A stretch of DNA of 64,000 nt from an uncultured Faecalimonas sp. (GTDB lineage: Bacteria > Bacillota > Clostridia > Lachnospirales > Lachnospiraceae). The first letter of the stretch is position 1. Each line of letters opens with the position of its first letter. Both the position numbers and the translations under genes were made by a program. Below the pieces are notes generated by a model, which saw only the letters and a list, made by a program, of their open reading frames with translations, did no database searches and was not told the DNA's origin. Of this stretch, positions 1 through 10,407 are shown piece after piece. The stretch spans positions 862 to 64,861 of the forward strand of contig CAZINB010000004.1 of the NCBI GenBank assembly GCA_964540565.1. Direction: 5' to 3'.

Positions 1-1523
1 CAGTAGTGGACACAGTAACTGTAACTTACGGATACCGTTCTTTCAGTGTAGATCCTAACACAGGATTCTGGTTAAATGGAAAGAGTTTCCCTCTTCACGG
101 TGTATCCCGTCACCAGGATAGATTAGATAAAGGTTGGGCAATCTCCAAAGAAGATCATGAACAGGATTGTGCAATCATCAAAGAAATCGGTGCAAATACA
201 ATCCGTCTTGCTCACTACCAGCATGATCAGTATTTCTATGATCTCTGTGATAAGACAGGATTTGTTCTCTGGGCTGAGATCCCATTTATCTCTAAGTTTA
301 TTCCTACAGAAGAAGCTTTCGAAAACACAATGAGCCAGATGAAAGAATTAGTAGCACAGAACTACAACCACCCATCTGTTTTCTTCTGGGGTATTGCAAA
401 TGAAATCTTAATCGGTGCAGACAACGAACCTTTAAGAAAGAACTTAAGAGCGTTAAATGATCTGGCAAGATCTATGGACCCAAGCCGTAAGACAACTATC
501 GCGCAGGTTTCCGCAACACCGATGGATTCTGAACACAACTATATTACAGATGTTGTTTCCTACAACCATTACTTTGGATGGTACAGTGGAGATGTATCTA
601 AGAATGGTGCTTGGCTCGATGAGTACCATGCAATGAACCCAGACATTCCTTTAGGTTTATCTGAGTACGGTGCAGAAAACATCTTAAAATGGCATTCTGC
701 AACACCAATGAACCATGACTATACAGAAGAATATGCTTCTTATTTCCATCACGAAATGTTAAAGACATTTGCAACACGTCCATACCTTTGGAGTACCCAT
801 GTATGGAACATGTTCGACTTCGCAGCAGATGCTCGTAACGAAGGTGGTATTAAAGGACGTAACAACAAAGGTCTCGTAACATATGACAGAAGCACAAAGA
901 AAGATGCCTTCTTCATCTACAAAGCATACTGGAATCCAGAACCAATGGTATATGTAGCAGGACGTCGTTTTGCAGACCGTGCACCAGAAGAAAGAAACAT
1001 TACAGTATACACAAACTGTGAAGAAGTGACATTAGTAGTAAATGGCACAGAAGTAGAGACAAAGAAAGCAGTAGACCATGCCGTTGTATTTGAAAATGTA
1101 GCCCTTGCAGATGGCGCTAACACAGTGACAGCAAAAGCAGGTGAACTGGAAGATACTATCACATTAAATGGTGTAGCAGAACACAATCCAGAATACACAT
1201 TACCAGATATCGCAGCAGCAATGACAGCTGGAAACTGGTTTGATGACATTGCAGACAACGAAGAGGATGAAGAAATTGTAATCGTGGACGGATACTATTC
1301 CGTAGAAGATTCTTTAGAAGTACTCTGTGCAAATAAAGAAGTTGAAAAAATCCTCAAAGGATGGATGATGAGTAGCGGAAACCTTACACTTGCTACTATG
1401 CTTACATCAACAGTAGATATGATGGGAGATATCAAGTTAGATCGAATTGTAGCATTCTCTGGCGGATGTACTCCAAAACAGTTTGCACAGCTGAATCGTA
1501 TGCTCATTAAAATAAAAAAATAA
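1..1523 (+). CDS. Glycoside hydrolase family 2 (beta-galactosidase/beta-glucuronidase-like), 5'-truncated by the window edge
   Basis: The ORF is open to the window start; stop TAA is at 1521-1523. The translation shows GH2 TIM-barrel hallmarks (HGVSRHQD, IRLAHYQHDQYFYDLCD, FFWGIANE, WNMFDF). It lies in a locus with AraC, a GPH symporter and GH3. Confidence 0.85.
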   Translation, partial: VVDTVTVTYGYRSFSVDPNTGFWLNGKSFPLHGVSRHQDRLDKGWAISKEDHEQDCAIIKEIGANTIRLAHYQHDQYFYDLCDKTGFVLWAEIPFISKFIPTEEAFENTMSQMKELVAQNYNHPSVFFWGIANEILIGADNEPLRKNLRALNDLARSMDPSRKTTIAQVSATPMDSEHNYITDVVSYNHYFGWYSGDVSKNGAWLDEYHAMNPDIPLGLSEYGAENILKWHSATPMNHDYTEEYASYFHHEMLKTFATRPYLWSTHVWNMFDFAADARNEGGIKGRNNKGLVTYDRSTKKDAFFIYKAYWNPEPMVYVAGRRFADRAPEERNITVYTNCEEVTLVVNGTEVETKKAVDHAVVFENVALADGANTVTAKAGELEDTITLNGVAEHNPEYTLPDIAAAMTAGNWFDDIADNEEDEEIVIVDGYYSVEDSLEVLCANKEVEKILKGWMMSSGNLTLATMLTSTVDMMGDIKLDRIVAFSGGCTPKQFAQLNRMLIKIKK

Positions 1524-1573
1524 AATACCAATATAAATATCCTCTAAAATATGAAAAGATAAATATCCAAAGT

Positions 1574-1616
1574 AAAAAGGTGCCAAGACGCAGATGCGTT
1601 TTGGTACCTTTTTTTG
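1574..1616. terminator. Bidirectional rho-independent terminator between convergent GH2 and araC-family genes
   Basis: AAAAAGGTGCCAA...TTGGTACCTTTTT stem (one G:T pair), with an A-run on the left and a T-run on the right. Confidence 0.7.
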
Positions 1617-1642
1617 AATCTGTAAAAAATTAAACAGAATCC

Positions 1643-2923
1643 CTATTTTTTCTTTTTTAAATGTTCGATGATCTTCCGATCTGGGACCAAGGTCTGTTCT
1701 TCTCGATAAGCCTTTGGGGAAAGACCGGTATATTTTTTAAATTGGCGGCTAAAATAGTGTATGTCGGAAAAACCGCACTGAAAGGCGATATTTTTCACCG
1801 TCATATTGGATCTAGTCAATAATTTCTTTGCATGTTCCATGCGGCATTTGGTGACATAGTTGGTAAGAGAAATGCCCATTTCCTCGGAAAACAGTGCAGA
1901 GAGGTAACTGGCATTGACATTCAGATGTGCCGCCAAAGTCTTTAGGGAGAGATCTGCCCGAAGGTCAGCTTCAATATAGGTAAGCACCGTATCCACAAAA
2001 GGAGAGTACTCCAGATGAGATGTTTTCTTGGCAATCTTACAGTAAGCAAGGAGAATCTTCTTATATAAATCCATAAGCTGCTCCACGCTGGTACATTTCT
2101 CTATCTCAACGGCAAATTCACCGGAGGTGGCATCACAGTAGATGGGATGGACCCCGTTTAATTCGATGGATTTGCGAAGGAGTGTATTAAAAGAGAGCAT
2201 GTAGTTCTTTGTGTTTCGCAGCTGATTGGAAACACGGGAAGGCAATGTCGGTAGTTTTTGAAGGCTTTGTTCCGCTACCTCCAGTGCCAAAATCTCTTTG
2301 CCCGAGAGAACGGTCTGGATCACTTCATTTTCAATTTCGTATCGTCTTGCCAGAAGATCAATGTTGGAAAAATTGGCATCAGAAGTCTGAAAGGTGTTCT
2401 CTATATCAAAGATAGGATGCTCAAAATCTTCATAGGAAAAGTATTGGATGGAATAGTCATCTCCATAGAGGGTCTGCATGAGCTCCAAAAAAATTGTCTC
2501 ATAAAAAGAACGGGCATTGAGCACAGGAACATTTCGATAGTAATCCTGCATAGGCAGTTCAAAGTCCAGAGAAAGTTCAAATTGTTGTAACAAATCAAGA
2601 ATCTGTTTTTTCCCCATAGGTTCCCACAGCACGGGACCGCAGTGGAAGAGGGCTTCCCTTCCCGGCAGAGAAAAAGTCACATAGTTGCAGTGGAAAAGGT
2701 CTGTGAGAAAGTAGATATTATTCGGTTCGATATGGCGGAAAAATCGTTGGATGTCCTTGGTGGCATTGTCATGTTCCAATATGCCGGAGCGAAGTCCCAT
2801 ATCAACATTTTCCATAATATCTTCTGTGTTTTTTAGATAGAAACATGAAATTCCGTTCTCTTTTAGCAGATTTTCCACGAACTGGAATAAAATAGTGACG
2901 TTTGCATCGGCAAATTTATCCAT
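1643..2923 (-). CDS. AraC-family transcriptional regulator
   Basis: C-terminal AraC HTH (LSLKTLAAHLNVNASYLSALFSEE...; IAFQCGFSDIHYFSRQFKKYTGLSPKAYR). Start trimmed to ATG 2923 (MDKFADA...), which has GGAGG 8 nt upstream; the track's longer start has no RBS. Confidence 0.85.
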   Translation of the reverse strand: MDKFADANVTILFQFVENLLKENGISCFYLKNTEDIMENVDMGLRSGILEHDNATKDIQRFFRHIEPNNIYFLTDLFHCNYVTFSLPGREALFHCGPVLWEPMGKKQILDLLQQFELSLDFELPMQDYYRNVPVLNARSFYETIFLELMQTLYGDDYSIQYFSYEDFEHPIFDIENTFQTSDANFSNIDLLARRYEIENEVIQTVLSGKEILALEVAEQSLQKLPTLPSRVSNQLRNTKNYMLSFNTLLRKSIELNGVHPIYCDATSGEFAVEIEKCTSVEQLMDLYKKILLAYCKIAKKTSHLEYSPFVDTVLTYIEADLRADLSLKTLAAHLNVNASYLSALFSEEMGISLTNYVTKCRMEHAKKLLTRSNMTVKNIAFQCGFSDIHYFSRQFKKYTGLSPKAYREEQTLVPDRKIIEHLKKKK

Positions 2924-3081
2924 AAACGACCTCCGTATAATTGTTATTTTTGTTAGTATAACACATAACCAAAAAAAATGCAAAAAAAGCAAAAGATTTT
3001 TCATATGAAAATAAGACATTATGTATTACAATTGTCTCATAGTTAAATAAATAACGATTTTCAAAAAAGGAGAAATGAACA

Positions 3082-4467
3082 ATGAGTACAAAAACCAAAA
3101 GACCTTTTGGAATGCGTGACAAAATTGGTTACATGTTTGGTGACTTCGGTAATGACTTTACCTTTGTTTTATCATCAAGCTTCATGCTGAAATTCTATAC
3201 AGACGTTATGGGAATTCCAGGTGGTATCGTAGGTGTCCTGATGATGGCAGCTCGTTTTGTAGACGCAATCACAGACGTAACAATGGGACAGATCGTTGAC
3301 CGTGCAAAACCAACAAAAGACGGTAAATTTAAACCTTGGATCAAGCGTATGTGTGGTCCAGTAGCGATTGCTTCCTTCTTGATCTATCAAAGTGGATTCG
3401 CTGGTATGAGTATGGGATTCAAGATTGTATGGATGACAGTGACATACCTCTTATGGGGTTCTATCTTCTATACATCCATTAACATTCCTTATGGTTCTAT
3501 GGCATCTGCAGTATCTGCAGAAGCAAAAGACCGTGCTGATCTTTCCACATTCCGTACAATGGGTGCAACACTTGCAGGCCTTGTAATCGGTGTAGGAACA
3601 CCAATGTTCGCTTATGTAACAGTAAATGGAAATCCAGTCCTTTCTGGAAGCCGTATGACAATCATTGCTGGTGTGTTCGGTGTTTGCGCAATCATCTGCT
3701 ACTTAATCTGCTTTAACTTAGTAACAGAGCGTGTGGAAGTGCCAGCAAACAATGAGAAATTAGACGTTGTAAAGATGTTCAAGAGCATCGTAACAAACCG
3801 TTCTCTCCTTGGTATTATCGCAGCAGCAATGCTTCTTCTTCTTGCAATGCTCGGTATGCAGGGTATGGCGGGTTATGTATTCCCGAACTTCTATGGTTCT
3901 GCAGCAGCGCAGTCTACAGCATCTCTTGCAGCTAGTATCGCAGTACTTGTAATCTGTGCACCATTTGCTTCTAAACTTGCAGCAAAATTTGGTAAGAAAG
4001 AAATTTCTATAGTTGGATGTTTAGTTGGTGGAGTGGCATACCTTGTATGTCTTGTTTTGAAGCCAGCAAGTCCTTGGGTATATGTAGGTTTCTACACACT
4101 TGTATTTACATCCTTTGGTTTCTTTAACACAGTTATCTGGGCGATGATTACAGACGTAATCGATGACGCAGAAGTAAAGAACGGTGTACGTGAAGATGGT
4201 ACGATCTACGCTGTATACTCTTTTGCACGTAAGATTGGACAGGCAGTATCCTCTGGTTTAATTGGTGCAATCCTTTCCGTAATCGGATATACACAGGCAA
4301 CAGCTTTCGATCCAGCTGTAACAACAAAGATTTTCCAGGCTTCCTGTATTGTACCAGGTGTTTGCTTGATCTTAGTTGCTCTTGCCCTTATGTTCCTCTA
4401 CCCATTAAACAAAGCAAAGGTAGATGCAAACATCGTAGAGCTGAAAAAACGCCGCGGCGAAGCGTAA
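3082..4467 (+). CDS. Glycoside-pentoside-hexuronide (GPH):cation symporter, MFS superfamily
   Basis: 461 aa, about 12 hydrophobic segments. The N-terminus (KIGYMFGDFGNDFTF...YTDVMGI) and the DxxxGxxxDR-like loop (ITDVTMGQIVDR) are typical of MelB/YicJ-type carriers. AAGGAG RBS; sits between AraC and GH3. Confidence 0.8.
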   Translation: MSTKTKRPFGMRDKIGYMFGDFGNDFTFVLSSSFMLKFYTDVMGIPGGIVGVLMMAARFVDAITDVTMGQIVDRAKPTKDGKFKPWIKRMCGPVAIASFLIYQSGFAGMSMGFKIVWMTVTYLLWGSIFYTSINIPYGSMASAVSAEAKDRADLSTFRTMGATLAGLVIGVGTPMFAYVTVNGNPVLSGSRMTIIAGVFGVCAIICYLICFNLVTERVEVPANNEKLDVVKMFKSIVTNRSLLGIIAAAMLLLLAMLGMQGMAGYVFPNFYGSAAAQSTASLAASIAVLVICAPFASKLAAKFGKKEISIVGCLVGGVAYLVCLVLKPASPWVYVGFYTLVFTSFGFFNTVIWAMITDVIDDAEVKNGVREDGTIYAVYSFARKIGQAVSSGLIGAILSVIGYTQATAFDPAVTTKIFQASCIVPGVCLILVALALMFLYPLNKAKVDANIVELKKRRGEA

Positions 4468-4495
4468 AAACAATAGCTATATATAAAAAACACGT

Positions 4496-4524
4496 GGCTG
4501 ACTCTCTCCTAGGAGGAGTCAGCC
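4496..4524 (+). other. Intercistronic stem-loop (possible weak terminator or mRNA-stabilising hairpin)
   Basis: GGCTGACTC(TCTCCTAGGAG)GAGTCAGCC, a perfect 9-bp outer stem with further inner pairing, followed by CTTTGTGGATTTT. Lies between the symporter stop and the GH3 RBS. Confidence 0.45.
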
Positions 4525-4555
4525 CTTTGTGGATTTTAAATAAGGAGGAAAACTC

Positions 4556-6814
4556 ATGGCAGTAAAAGCAAGTGATAACGCGAAATTTTATAAAAATGAA
4601 AATGGTCCTGTAATCAGTACTGTGACTCGTAAAGTGATCGAAAAAGATGGACTTTACTTTAAAGATATTGACGGAACAGGGGAAGTAAGCAAGGTAAATG
4701 ACTGGAGACTTCCAGCAAAGGAACGTGCAGCAGCTTACGCAGAAGTTCTTACAACAGAAGAAAAAATCGGACAACTTTTTATTTCTGACTGGAGAATGGG
4801 CGGTAAATATCGTACTATTTTGCCACCAACAGAAGACGGAAGACAACAAGAAATCAAAGATGATGAATCAGGTATTTTAGATGAAGGACGTTTTGTAGGA
4901 AAAACAATTTTCGGAGAACAAGACCTTCCTGGAACATCTGTATTGATTAAAGATTGGTTTGCTCGTCACACAATCCTTCGTGCAAATCCAACAGCAGCAG
5001 ATATGGCAGATTATCTCAACCAGCTTCAAGCAGTAGCAGAAGAATGTGAACATTTTGTTCCTGTAAGTGTAGCATCCAATTCCCGCAATGAACATGGGGA
5101 AATCGTATTTGGTATGAATGATGCAGCAGGTGTATTTCCTGCATGGCCTGGTACAATTGGGATTGCAGCAGCAGCTAAAGGAACAGATATGGCTGTGGTA
5201 GATGAATTTGCTGATTGTGTACGTCGTACATGGAATGCAGCAGGACTTCGTAAAGGCTATATGTATATGGCAGACGTTTTATCAGATCCACGTTGGCAAC
5301 GTTCATACGGTACATTTGGGGAAGACCCAGCTTTAATCTGTGAAATTTTTGATCACATTATTCCACGTATCCAAGGAAGCAAAGATGGGGTAACAGAAGA
5401 TGGTGTTGCCATGACTGTAAAACATTTCCCAGGTGGCGGTGCACGTGAAAATGGTTTTGACCCTCATTACAAAGCAGGACAATGGAATGTATACCAAACT
5501 CCAGGCAGCTTGACAAAATATCATTTACCAGGTTTCCAAACTGCAGTAGATAATAATGCCGCTTCTATTATGCCTTACTATGCAAAACCAGCAGAAGAAA
5601 AGAGCGCAGCTCAAGTATTAGAAAATGGTGAAACAATGAAAATGGAACCATACGGATTTGCATATAATAAACCATTTATTGATGGTTTACTACGCAACCA
5701 AATGGGATTCAAAGGTTACATTAACTCCGACACAGGTATCGTTCATAACATGTGCTGGGGAGTAGAAATGTTAGATAAAGCAGAACGTATTGGATTTGCA
5801 GTAAATCATGCAGGTGTAGATGTTATCAGTGGATTATTTGATCATGAATTAGGTATGGAAGCATACAATCGTGGAAAAAATGATTACTATGATACACATC
5901 CAGTACCAGAAGGATTTACAAAGGAAGAATTAATCTTAACAGATGCAAGCATTAACCGTGCAGTAACACGTACTATGACAGAAATGTTTGAGCTTGGAAT
6001 GTTTGATAACTCTTATCGTAATCCAGCAGAAGCAGCTGAAATGGCAGCTACGAAAAAGGATTGGGATAATGCAATGAAAGCACATAGACAAAGTGTAACA
6101 CTTCTAAAAAATGATGGTACATTACCTCTTACAGAAGAAAAACTTGCTGGTAAAAAAGTATACGCAGAAGCGTTCCATAAACGTGCTGAAATGGCTGAAC
6201 GTCTTAATACAGAGTTAAAAGAACTTTTATCAGATGTAACTTTGACAGAAGACCCAGCAGAAGCAGATGTGGCAATCCTTATGATTTCTCCATCTTCAGG
6301 GGACTATTTCACAGCGACAAAAGGATATTTGGAACTTGATATTTGTGAAAATAAAGAAGTACCTGATGTAGATGATTTCTGTCGTCCAATGAAAGAAACT
6401 CATATGGAAACAACTTTAACTGGTGCAGGACGCATTGCAGAAATCGCAGCAGCAGTTCATGCAAATGGCGGTAAAGTAGTTGCAAACGTAAACGTAACGC
6501 TTGCATGGATCCTTGGTAATGTAGAACCATATGTAGATGCATTTACAGTAGGATACGATACTTATGCATCAGCTACAATTGATGTGATGAGAGGAAGATT
6601 CTCACCAGTCGGAAAACTTCCAATTACATTCCCTAAGAATGATGAAGTTCTTGCAGTAAATGAAGAAGGCGTATGTATCAGTCCAAACGATGTACCTGGA
6701 TTTGATAAAGACCAATATATGCCAGCAGAAATGAAAGACGAAAACGGAAAAGCTTACGCATACCGTGATGCTGCTGGAAATTACTATGAATATGGATTTG
6801 GTTTAAGCTACTAG
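4556..6814 (+). CDS. Glycoside hydrolase family 3 (beta-glucosidase/xylosidase-like)
   Basis: 752 aa with GH3 N-terminal domain motifs (VKHFPGGGARENG; GFKGYINSDTG, which holds the nucleophile Asp region). AGGAGG RBS. Confidence 0.85.
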   Translation: MAVKASDNAKFYKNENGPVISTVTRKVIEKDGLYFKDIDGTGEVSKVNDWRLPAKERAAAYAEVLTTEEKIGQLFISDWRMGGKYRTILPPTEDGRQQEIKDDESGILDEGRFVGKTIFGEQDLPGTSVLIKDWFARHTILRANPTAADMADYLNQLQAVAEECEHFVPVSVASNSRNEHGEIVFGMNDAAGVFPAWPGTIGIAAAAKGTDMAVVDEFADCVRRTWNAAGLRKGYMYMADVLSDPRWQRSYGTFGEDPALICEIFDHIIPRIQGSKDGVTEDGVAMTVKHFPGGGARENGFDPHYKAGQWNVYQTPGSLTKYHLPGFQTAVDNNAASIMPYYAKPAEEKSAAQVLENGETMKMEPYGFAYNKPFIDGLLRNQMGFKGYINSDTGIVHNMCWGVEMLDKAERIGFAVNHAGVDVISGLFDHELGMEAYNRGKNDYYDTHPVPEGFTKEELILTDASINRAVTRTMTEMFELGMFDNSYRNPAEAAEMAATKKDWDNAMKAHRQSVTLLKNDGTLPLTEEKLAGKKVYAEAFHKRAEMAERLNTELKELLSDVTLTEDPAEADVAILMISPSSGDYFTATKGYLELDICENKEVPDVDDFCRPMKETHMETTLTGAGRIAEIAAAVHANGGKVVANVNVTLAWILGNVEPYVDAFTVGYDTYASATIDVMRGRFSPVGKLPITFPKNDEVLAVNEEGVCISPNDVPGFDKDQYMPAEMKDENGKAYAYRDAAGNYYEYGFGLSY

Positions 6815-6837
6815 TCATTAAATTTGAAGAATAACAT

Positions 6838-6899
6838 AAAAAAGAAACTTTTACATGAACGAGGTGTAATCTCGCAATCATGTAAAAGTTTCTTTTTTT
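6838..6899. terminator. Bidirectional terminator between GH3 and the merR-family gene
   Basis: Long stem of about 20 bp, AAAAAGAAACTTTTACATGA...TCATGTAAAAGTTTCTTTTTT, with flanking A and T runs. Confidence 0.8.
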
Positions 6900-6900
6900 A

Positions 6901-7299
6901 TTATTCTTCCGAATCAATAAGATTGCTGTAGTATTGAATTTTCCCAGATAAAACATCATCATAGAATCCTTGCTTCCAATCAATATAATCAATACACTCC
7001 TGAAGCTGCTTCATTTGCTCTGTCAGAGCTGTTCTCTTGATTGCCAATATAGCTTTGCGATCTGGAATCGTGGATTCTCCTATGATACAAAGTTTGATAT
7101 ATTCTTTCATTTCAGAAATGCTCATGCCACAGTTTCTGAGGCAACTTAAACTTTTTATCCATGCAATATCTTTTTCGCTAAAGATACGACGGTTATTTTT
7201 ATCACGTTTTACATTCGGAACGAGTCCTTGATTGCAGTAAAATTTGAGTGTTTCGTAGGATAACTGTGTTTGTTCACAGGCTTGCTTCATAGTAAACAT
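6901..7299 (-). CDS. MerR-family transcriptional regulator
   Basis: N-terminal MerR HTH (MKQACEQTQLSYETLKFYCNQGLVPNVKRDKNNRRIFSEKDIAWI). Start trimmed to ATG 7299, which has GGAGGA upstream. Divergent from the AKR/flavoprotein pair. Confidence 0.85.
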   Translation of the reverse strand: MFTMKQACEQTQLSYETLKFYCNQGLVPNVKRDKNNRRIFSEKDIAWIKSLSCLRNCGMSISEMKEYIKLCIIGESTIPDRKAILAIKRTALTEQMKQLQECIDYIDWKQGFYDDVLSGKIQYYSNLIDSEE

Positions 7300-7401
7300 A
7301 TTTTTCCTCCAAATATAAAATAATGCTTGACCGGTAGTAGCTACCGATTGATACAATTGGAGTGTAACATAAGTAGGAAAGACTTTCAAGGAGGGAGCAA
7401 A

Positions 7402-8262
7402 ATGGAATATAAGGTATTGTGCAACGGTGTGAAAATGCCACAATTAGGATATGGTGTATATCAGGTGACAAAGGAAGAGTGCGAGCGTTGTGTATTGGAT
7501 GCACTAAAGGCTGGTTATCGCTTGATAGATACGGCACAGTCTTATTTTAATGAGGAGGAAGTAGGCTCAGCAATCAAGAAAAGTGGAATTCCTCGTGAAG
7601 AAATATTTTTAACAACAAAAGTATGGCTTGAACATTATGGGTACGAAGCATGTAAGAAATCAATCGAAGAATCTATGAGAAAATTACAGACAGATTATTT
7701 GGATTTATTGTTGCTTCACCAACCGTTTGCAGATTACTATGGTGCATGGAGAGCCTTGGAAGAATATTATGAGGCTGGAAAGATCAGAGCAATTGGAATT
7801 TCAAATTTCTATCCAGATAGAATGATCGATCTTGCAACATTTGCAAGAATCAAACCGATGATAAATCAAGTAGAAATTCACCCATATCATCAACAAGAAA
7901 TATCAAAAAAATGGCATGATAAATATGGAATTCAGTTGGAAGCATGGGCACCATTTGGAGAAGGCAGAGGAGATATGTTTACAGATACTTTGCTAACAGA
8001 AATTGGTGCAAAATATGGAAAGACTGCTGCTCAAGTGATTCTTAGATGGCATTTACAACGCGGGATTGTAGTGATTCCAAAGTCAGTGCATTATGAAAGA
8101 ATGGTGGAAAACTTTGCTGTATTTGACTTTGCATTAACGGAAGAAGAAATGGAAAAGATAGCTTCCTTGGATAAAAAACAGAGTGCATTTTTCTCTCATA
8201 CAGATCCAAATATGGTAGAATGGTTTGGTCAAATGGTAGAAGAGAGAAAGAAAAAATCGTAA
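7402..8262 (+). CDS. Aldo/keto reductase
   Basis: AKR motifs (LGYGVYQV, GYRLIDTAQSY, DLLLLHQP, IGISNF, VIPKS). Start trimmed to ATG 7402, which has GGAGGGAG upstream. Confidence 0.9.
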   Translation: MEYKVLCNGVKMPQLGYGVYQVTKEECERCVLDALKAGYRLIDTAQSYFNEEEVGSAIKKSGIPREEIFLTTKVWLEHYGYEACKKSIEESMRKLQTDYLDLLLLHQPFADYYGAWRALEEYYEAGKIRAIGISNFYPDRMIDLATFARIKPMINQVEIHPYHQQEISKKWHDKYGIQLEAWAPFGEGRGDMFTDTLLTEIGAKYGKTAAQVILRWHLQRGIVVIPKSVHYERMVENFAVFDFALTEEEMEKIASLDKKQSAFFSHTDPNMVEWFGQMVEERKKKS

Positions 8263-8275
8263 AGGAGAAGGGTTA

Positions 8276-8812
8276 ATGAGTAAGAAAGTTTTGATTTTAT
8301 CGGGCAGTCCTAGAAAAGGTGGAAATTCCGATTTGTTGTGTGATGAATTTATGCGTGGCGCAATGGATGCAGGACATCAAGTAGAAAAAATACGTGTACA
8401 GGAGAAAAAAGTTGCTTATTGTACAGCATGCTATGCCTGTCAAAATACTGGAAACTGTGCAATTAAGGATGATATGGCAGAAATTATGCAGAAGATGATT
8501 GATTGTGATGTTATGGTGCTAGCAAGTCCAGTTTACTTCTATTCGATAGATGCACAATTGAAAGCAGTCATAGATAGAAGTGTGTGTCGTTGGACAGAAG
8601 TGAAGGATAAGGAAATGTATTACATCATGACAGCGGCAGATGGAGAAAGAAGTTCGATGAATACAACGCTTGCATGCTTCAGAGGATATGCAGATTGCGT
8701 AGAAGGTGCCATGGAAAAAGGAATCATTTACGGAACAGGAGTATATCATGCAGGTGAGATTAAAGGAACACCAGCAATGCAAGAAGCCTATGAAATGGGA
8801 AGAGGCATATAA
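8276..8812 (+). CDS. Iron-sulfur flavoprotein / NAD(P)H-dependent FMN reductase-like
   Basis: Flavodoxin-like N-terminus (VLILSGSPRKGGNS) plus a compact CX2CX2CX5C motif (CTACYACQNTGNC), as in Isf-type proteins. Confidence 0.75.
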   Translation: MSKKVLILSGSPRKGGNSDLLCDEFMRGAMDAGHQVEKIRVQEKKVAYCTACYACQNTGNCAIKDDMAEIMQKMIDCDVMVLASPVYFYSIDAQLKAVIDRSVCRWTEVKDKEMYYIMTAADGERSSMNTTLACFRGYADCVEGAMEKGIIYGTGVYHAGEIKGTPAMQEAYEMGRGI

Positions 8813-8820
8813 AAAGAAGA

Positions 8821-8865
8821 ATCAAAACGGGGTACATATCACAGAGATATGTATCTCGTTTTTTT
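8821..8865 (+). terminator. Terminator hairpin, copy 1 of a duplicated ~44-nt element (degenerate stem)
   Basis: ATCAAAACGGGGTACATATCACAGAGATATGTATCTCGTTTTTTT; differs at 4 of 44 positions from the element at 12261-12304. Confidence 0.7.
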
Positions 8866-8985
8866 CATATCATTCATAACGAAACTTTTGCATCAGCAGT
8901 ATTAAATCACTGAAAAGAGATGCTGAATACTTCGGAATATGTTATTCTTATGTAAGAGATTAGCTGCATGAAAAGGAGAAAACTT

Positions 8986-10407
8986 ATGAAAATATTACCA
9001 AAGCGAAAGATGTATCGTTATTGTTTGGCAGATATTGCAAAAGGCTTATTCAACGGTATGATTGGAAACTATTTATTGTATTTCTTTCAACCAACAACAA
9101 AAAGTGGATTACCTGTGTTACTGCCGGAGAGCAAATTTCTTGGATTCATTACGATTATGGCATTTGTGACGGCTGCTGGAAAAATAGTGGACGCTGTAAC
9201 TGATCCATTAGTAGCAAGCATGTCAGATAAATGCACCCACAAAGATGGACGTAGGATGCCATTTATGAAATATTCTGCAATCCCATATGCATTATCGGTA
9301 TTGCTTATCTTTTATGCACCATTTGCAGCAGGTTCCGTGGCAAACGCTATTTGGGTAGGATTCTTCTTAATATCTTATTATGTTGCATATACCTTTTATT
9401 TTATTCCGAGAAATGCGCTGGTACCGGAAATTATACCAGATGCGAAAGCTCGAGTAGGTTATTATGGAATCAGTACTGCATTTTTTATGGGTTCCAGTTC
9501 GTTTATGTATACAGCAACGTTATTTGTAAATTTGTTGAAAAATGCAGGACTTACTCCTCTTTGGTCGTGGCGTGTTGTATTTCTTGTATTTGCGGTAATC
9601 GGTTTGGTTTGCGTATTACTTAGTGCAACAGCATTTCGGGAAAAAGATTATGTGGAAGAAAATACAAAGCCAAAGGAATCTTTATGGAAATCATTTGGTC
9701 TCGTATTGCGAAACAAAAATTTTGTATTGTACGGATTAGGAGATTTGTTTAGCGGAGTATCTATGGCATTTTTCCAAACAGCAATGTTGTATTACATCAC
9801 AATGCTTCTAAATGTGCCAGAATCACAATCCTTTCTCGTTATGCTTTTTGCAATTGCGGTAGCACTAAGTTTATTTCCATTTATTGTGTCATTTAGTCGT
9901 AAATATAGTAAGAAAATTTTACTTGTTGCAGCAAGCATTATATTTACAATAGTATTTGCGTTTATCTATGTAGGTGATAAAATTGCTGCTTTAGCACCAG
10001 GACACGAATTATGGATTGGTTTGGGAATGGGACTTGTAGTAGCTTTTCCATTTGCAGCAATCAATATTCTTCCACAATCTATGTTATCAGATATTATCCA
10101 GCAAGATAGTCTGACAAGTGGTGTGAACCGAGAAGGGTTCTTTTCCGCAACGAAGACATTTATCGAAAAGATTGCATCAGCAGTTGCGATGATGGTGGTA
10201 TCAAGTGTTCTTGCAATTGGTGCACAGACAGGAGAATCCGTTGGCATGGAAGGTGTTAAATTAACAGGAATTTATGCGGGTATCTTTAGTTTGCTGTCAT
10301 TAGTCTTTTTTGCACTGTATAATGAAAAGAAAGTGACACAATCTATCGAAGCCCATACGAAAAAATATGAGGAGATGGAGAGAGGAAGTGAAAATGAAAA
10401 AGCGTAA
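8986..10407 (+). CDS. MFS transporter, GPH-like
   Basis: About 12 TM segments. AAGGAG lies 7 nt upstream of ATG 8986 (the track start 8968 has no RBS). The stop overlaps the start of the next gene. Confidence 0.75.
   Translation: MKILPKRKMYRYCLADIAKGLFNGMIGNYLLYFFQPTTKSGLPVLLPESKFLGFITIMAFVTAAGKIVDAVTDPLVASMSDKCTHKDGRRMPFMKYSAIPYALSVLLIFYAPFAAGSVANAIWVGFFLISYYVAYTFYFIPRNALVPEIIPDAKARVGYYGISTAFFMGSSSFMYTATLFVNLLKNAGLTPLWSWRVVFLVFAVIGLVCVLLSATAFREKDYVEENTKPKESLWKSFGLVLRNKNFVLYGLGDLFSGVSMAFFQTAMLYYITMLLNVPESQSFLVMLFAIAVALSLFPFIVSFSRKYSKKILLVAASIIFTIVFAFIYVGDKIAALAPGHELWIGLGMGLVVAFPFAAINILPQSMLSDIIQQDSLTSGVNREGFFSATKTFIEKIASAVAMMVVSSVLAIGAQTGESVGMEGVKLTGIYAGIFSLLSLVFFALYNEKKVTQSIEAHTKKYEEMERGSENEKA

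Noticed and set aside
2924-3081. cre (CcpA) site or AraC operator in the divergent araC / symporter intergenic region
   Set aside because: No convincing match to TGWAANCGNTNWCA and no obvious direct-repeat operator is visible by eye. A matrix scan is needed.
4388-4849. 153-aa minus-strand ORF spanning the symporter/GH3 junction
   Set aside because: It overlaps two well-supported + strand genes and their RBS region, and it contains no motifs.
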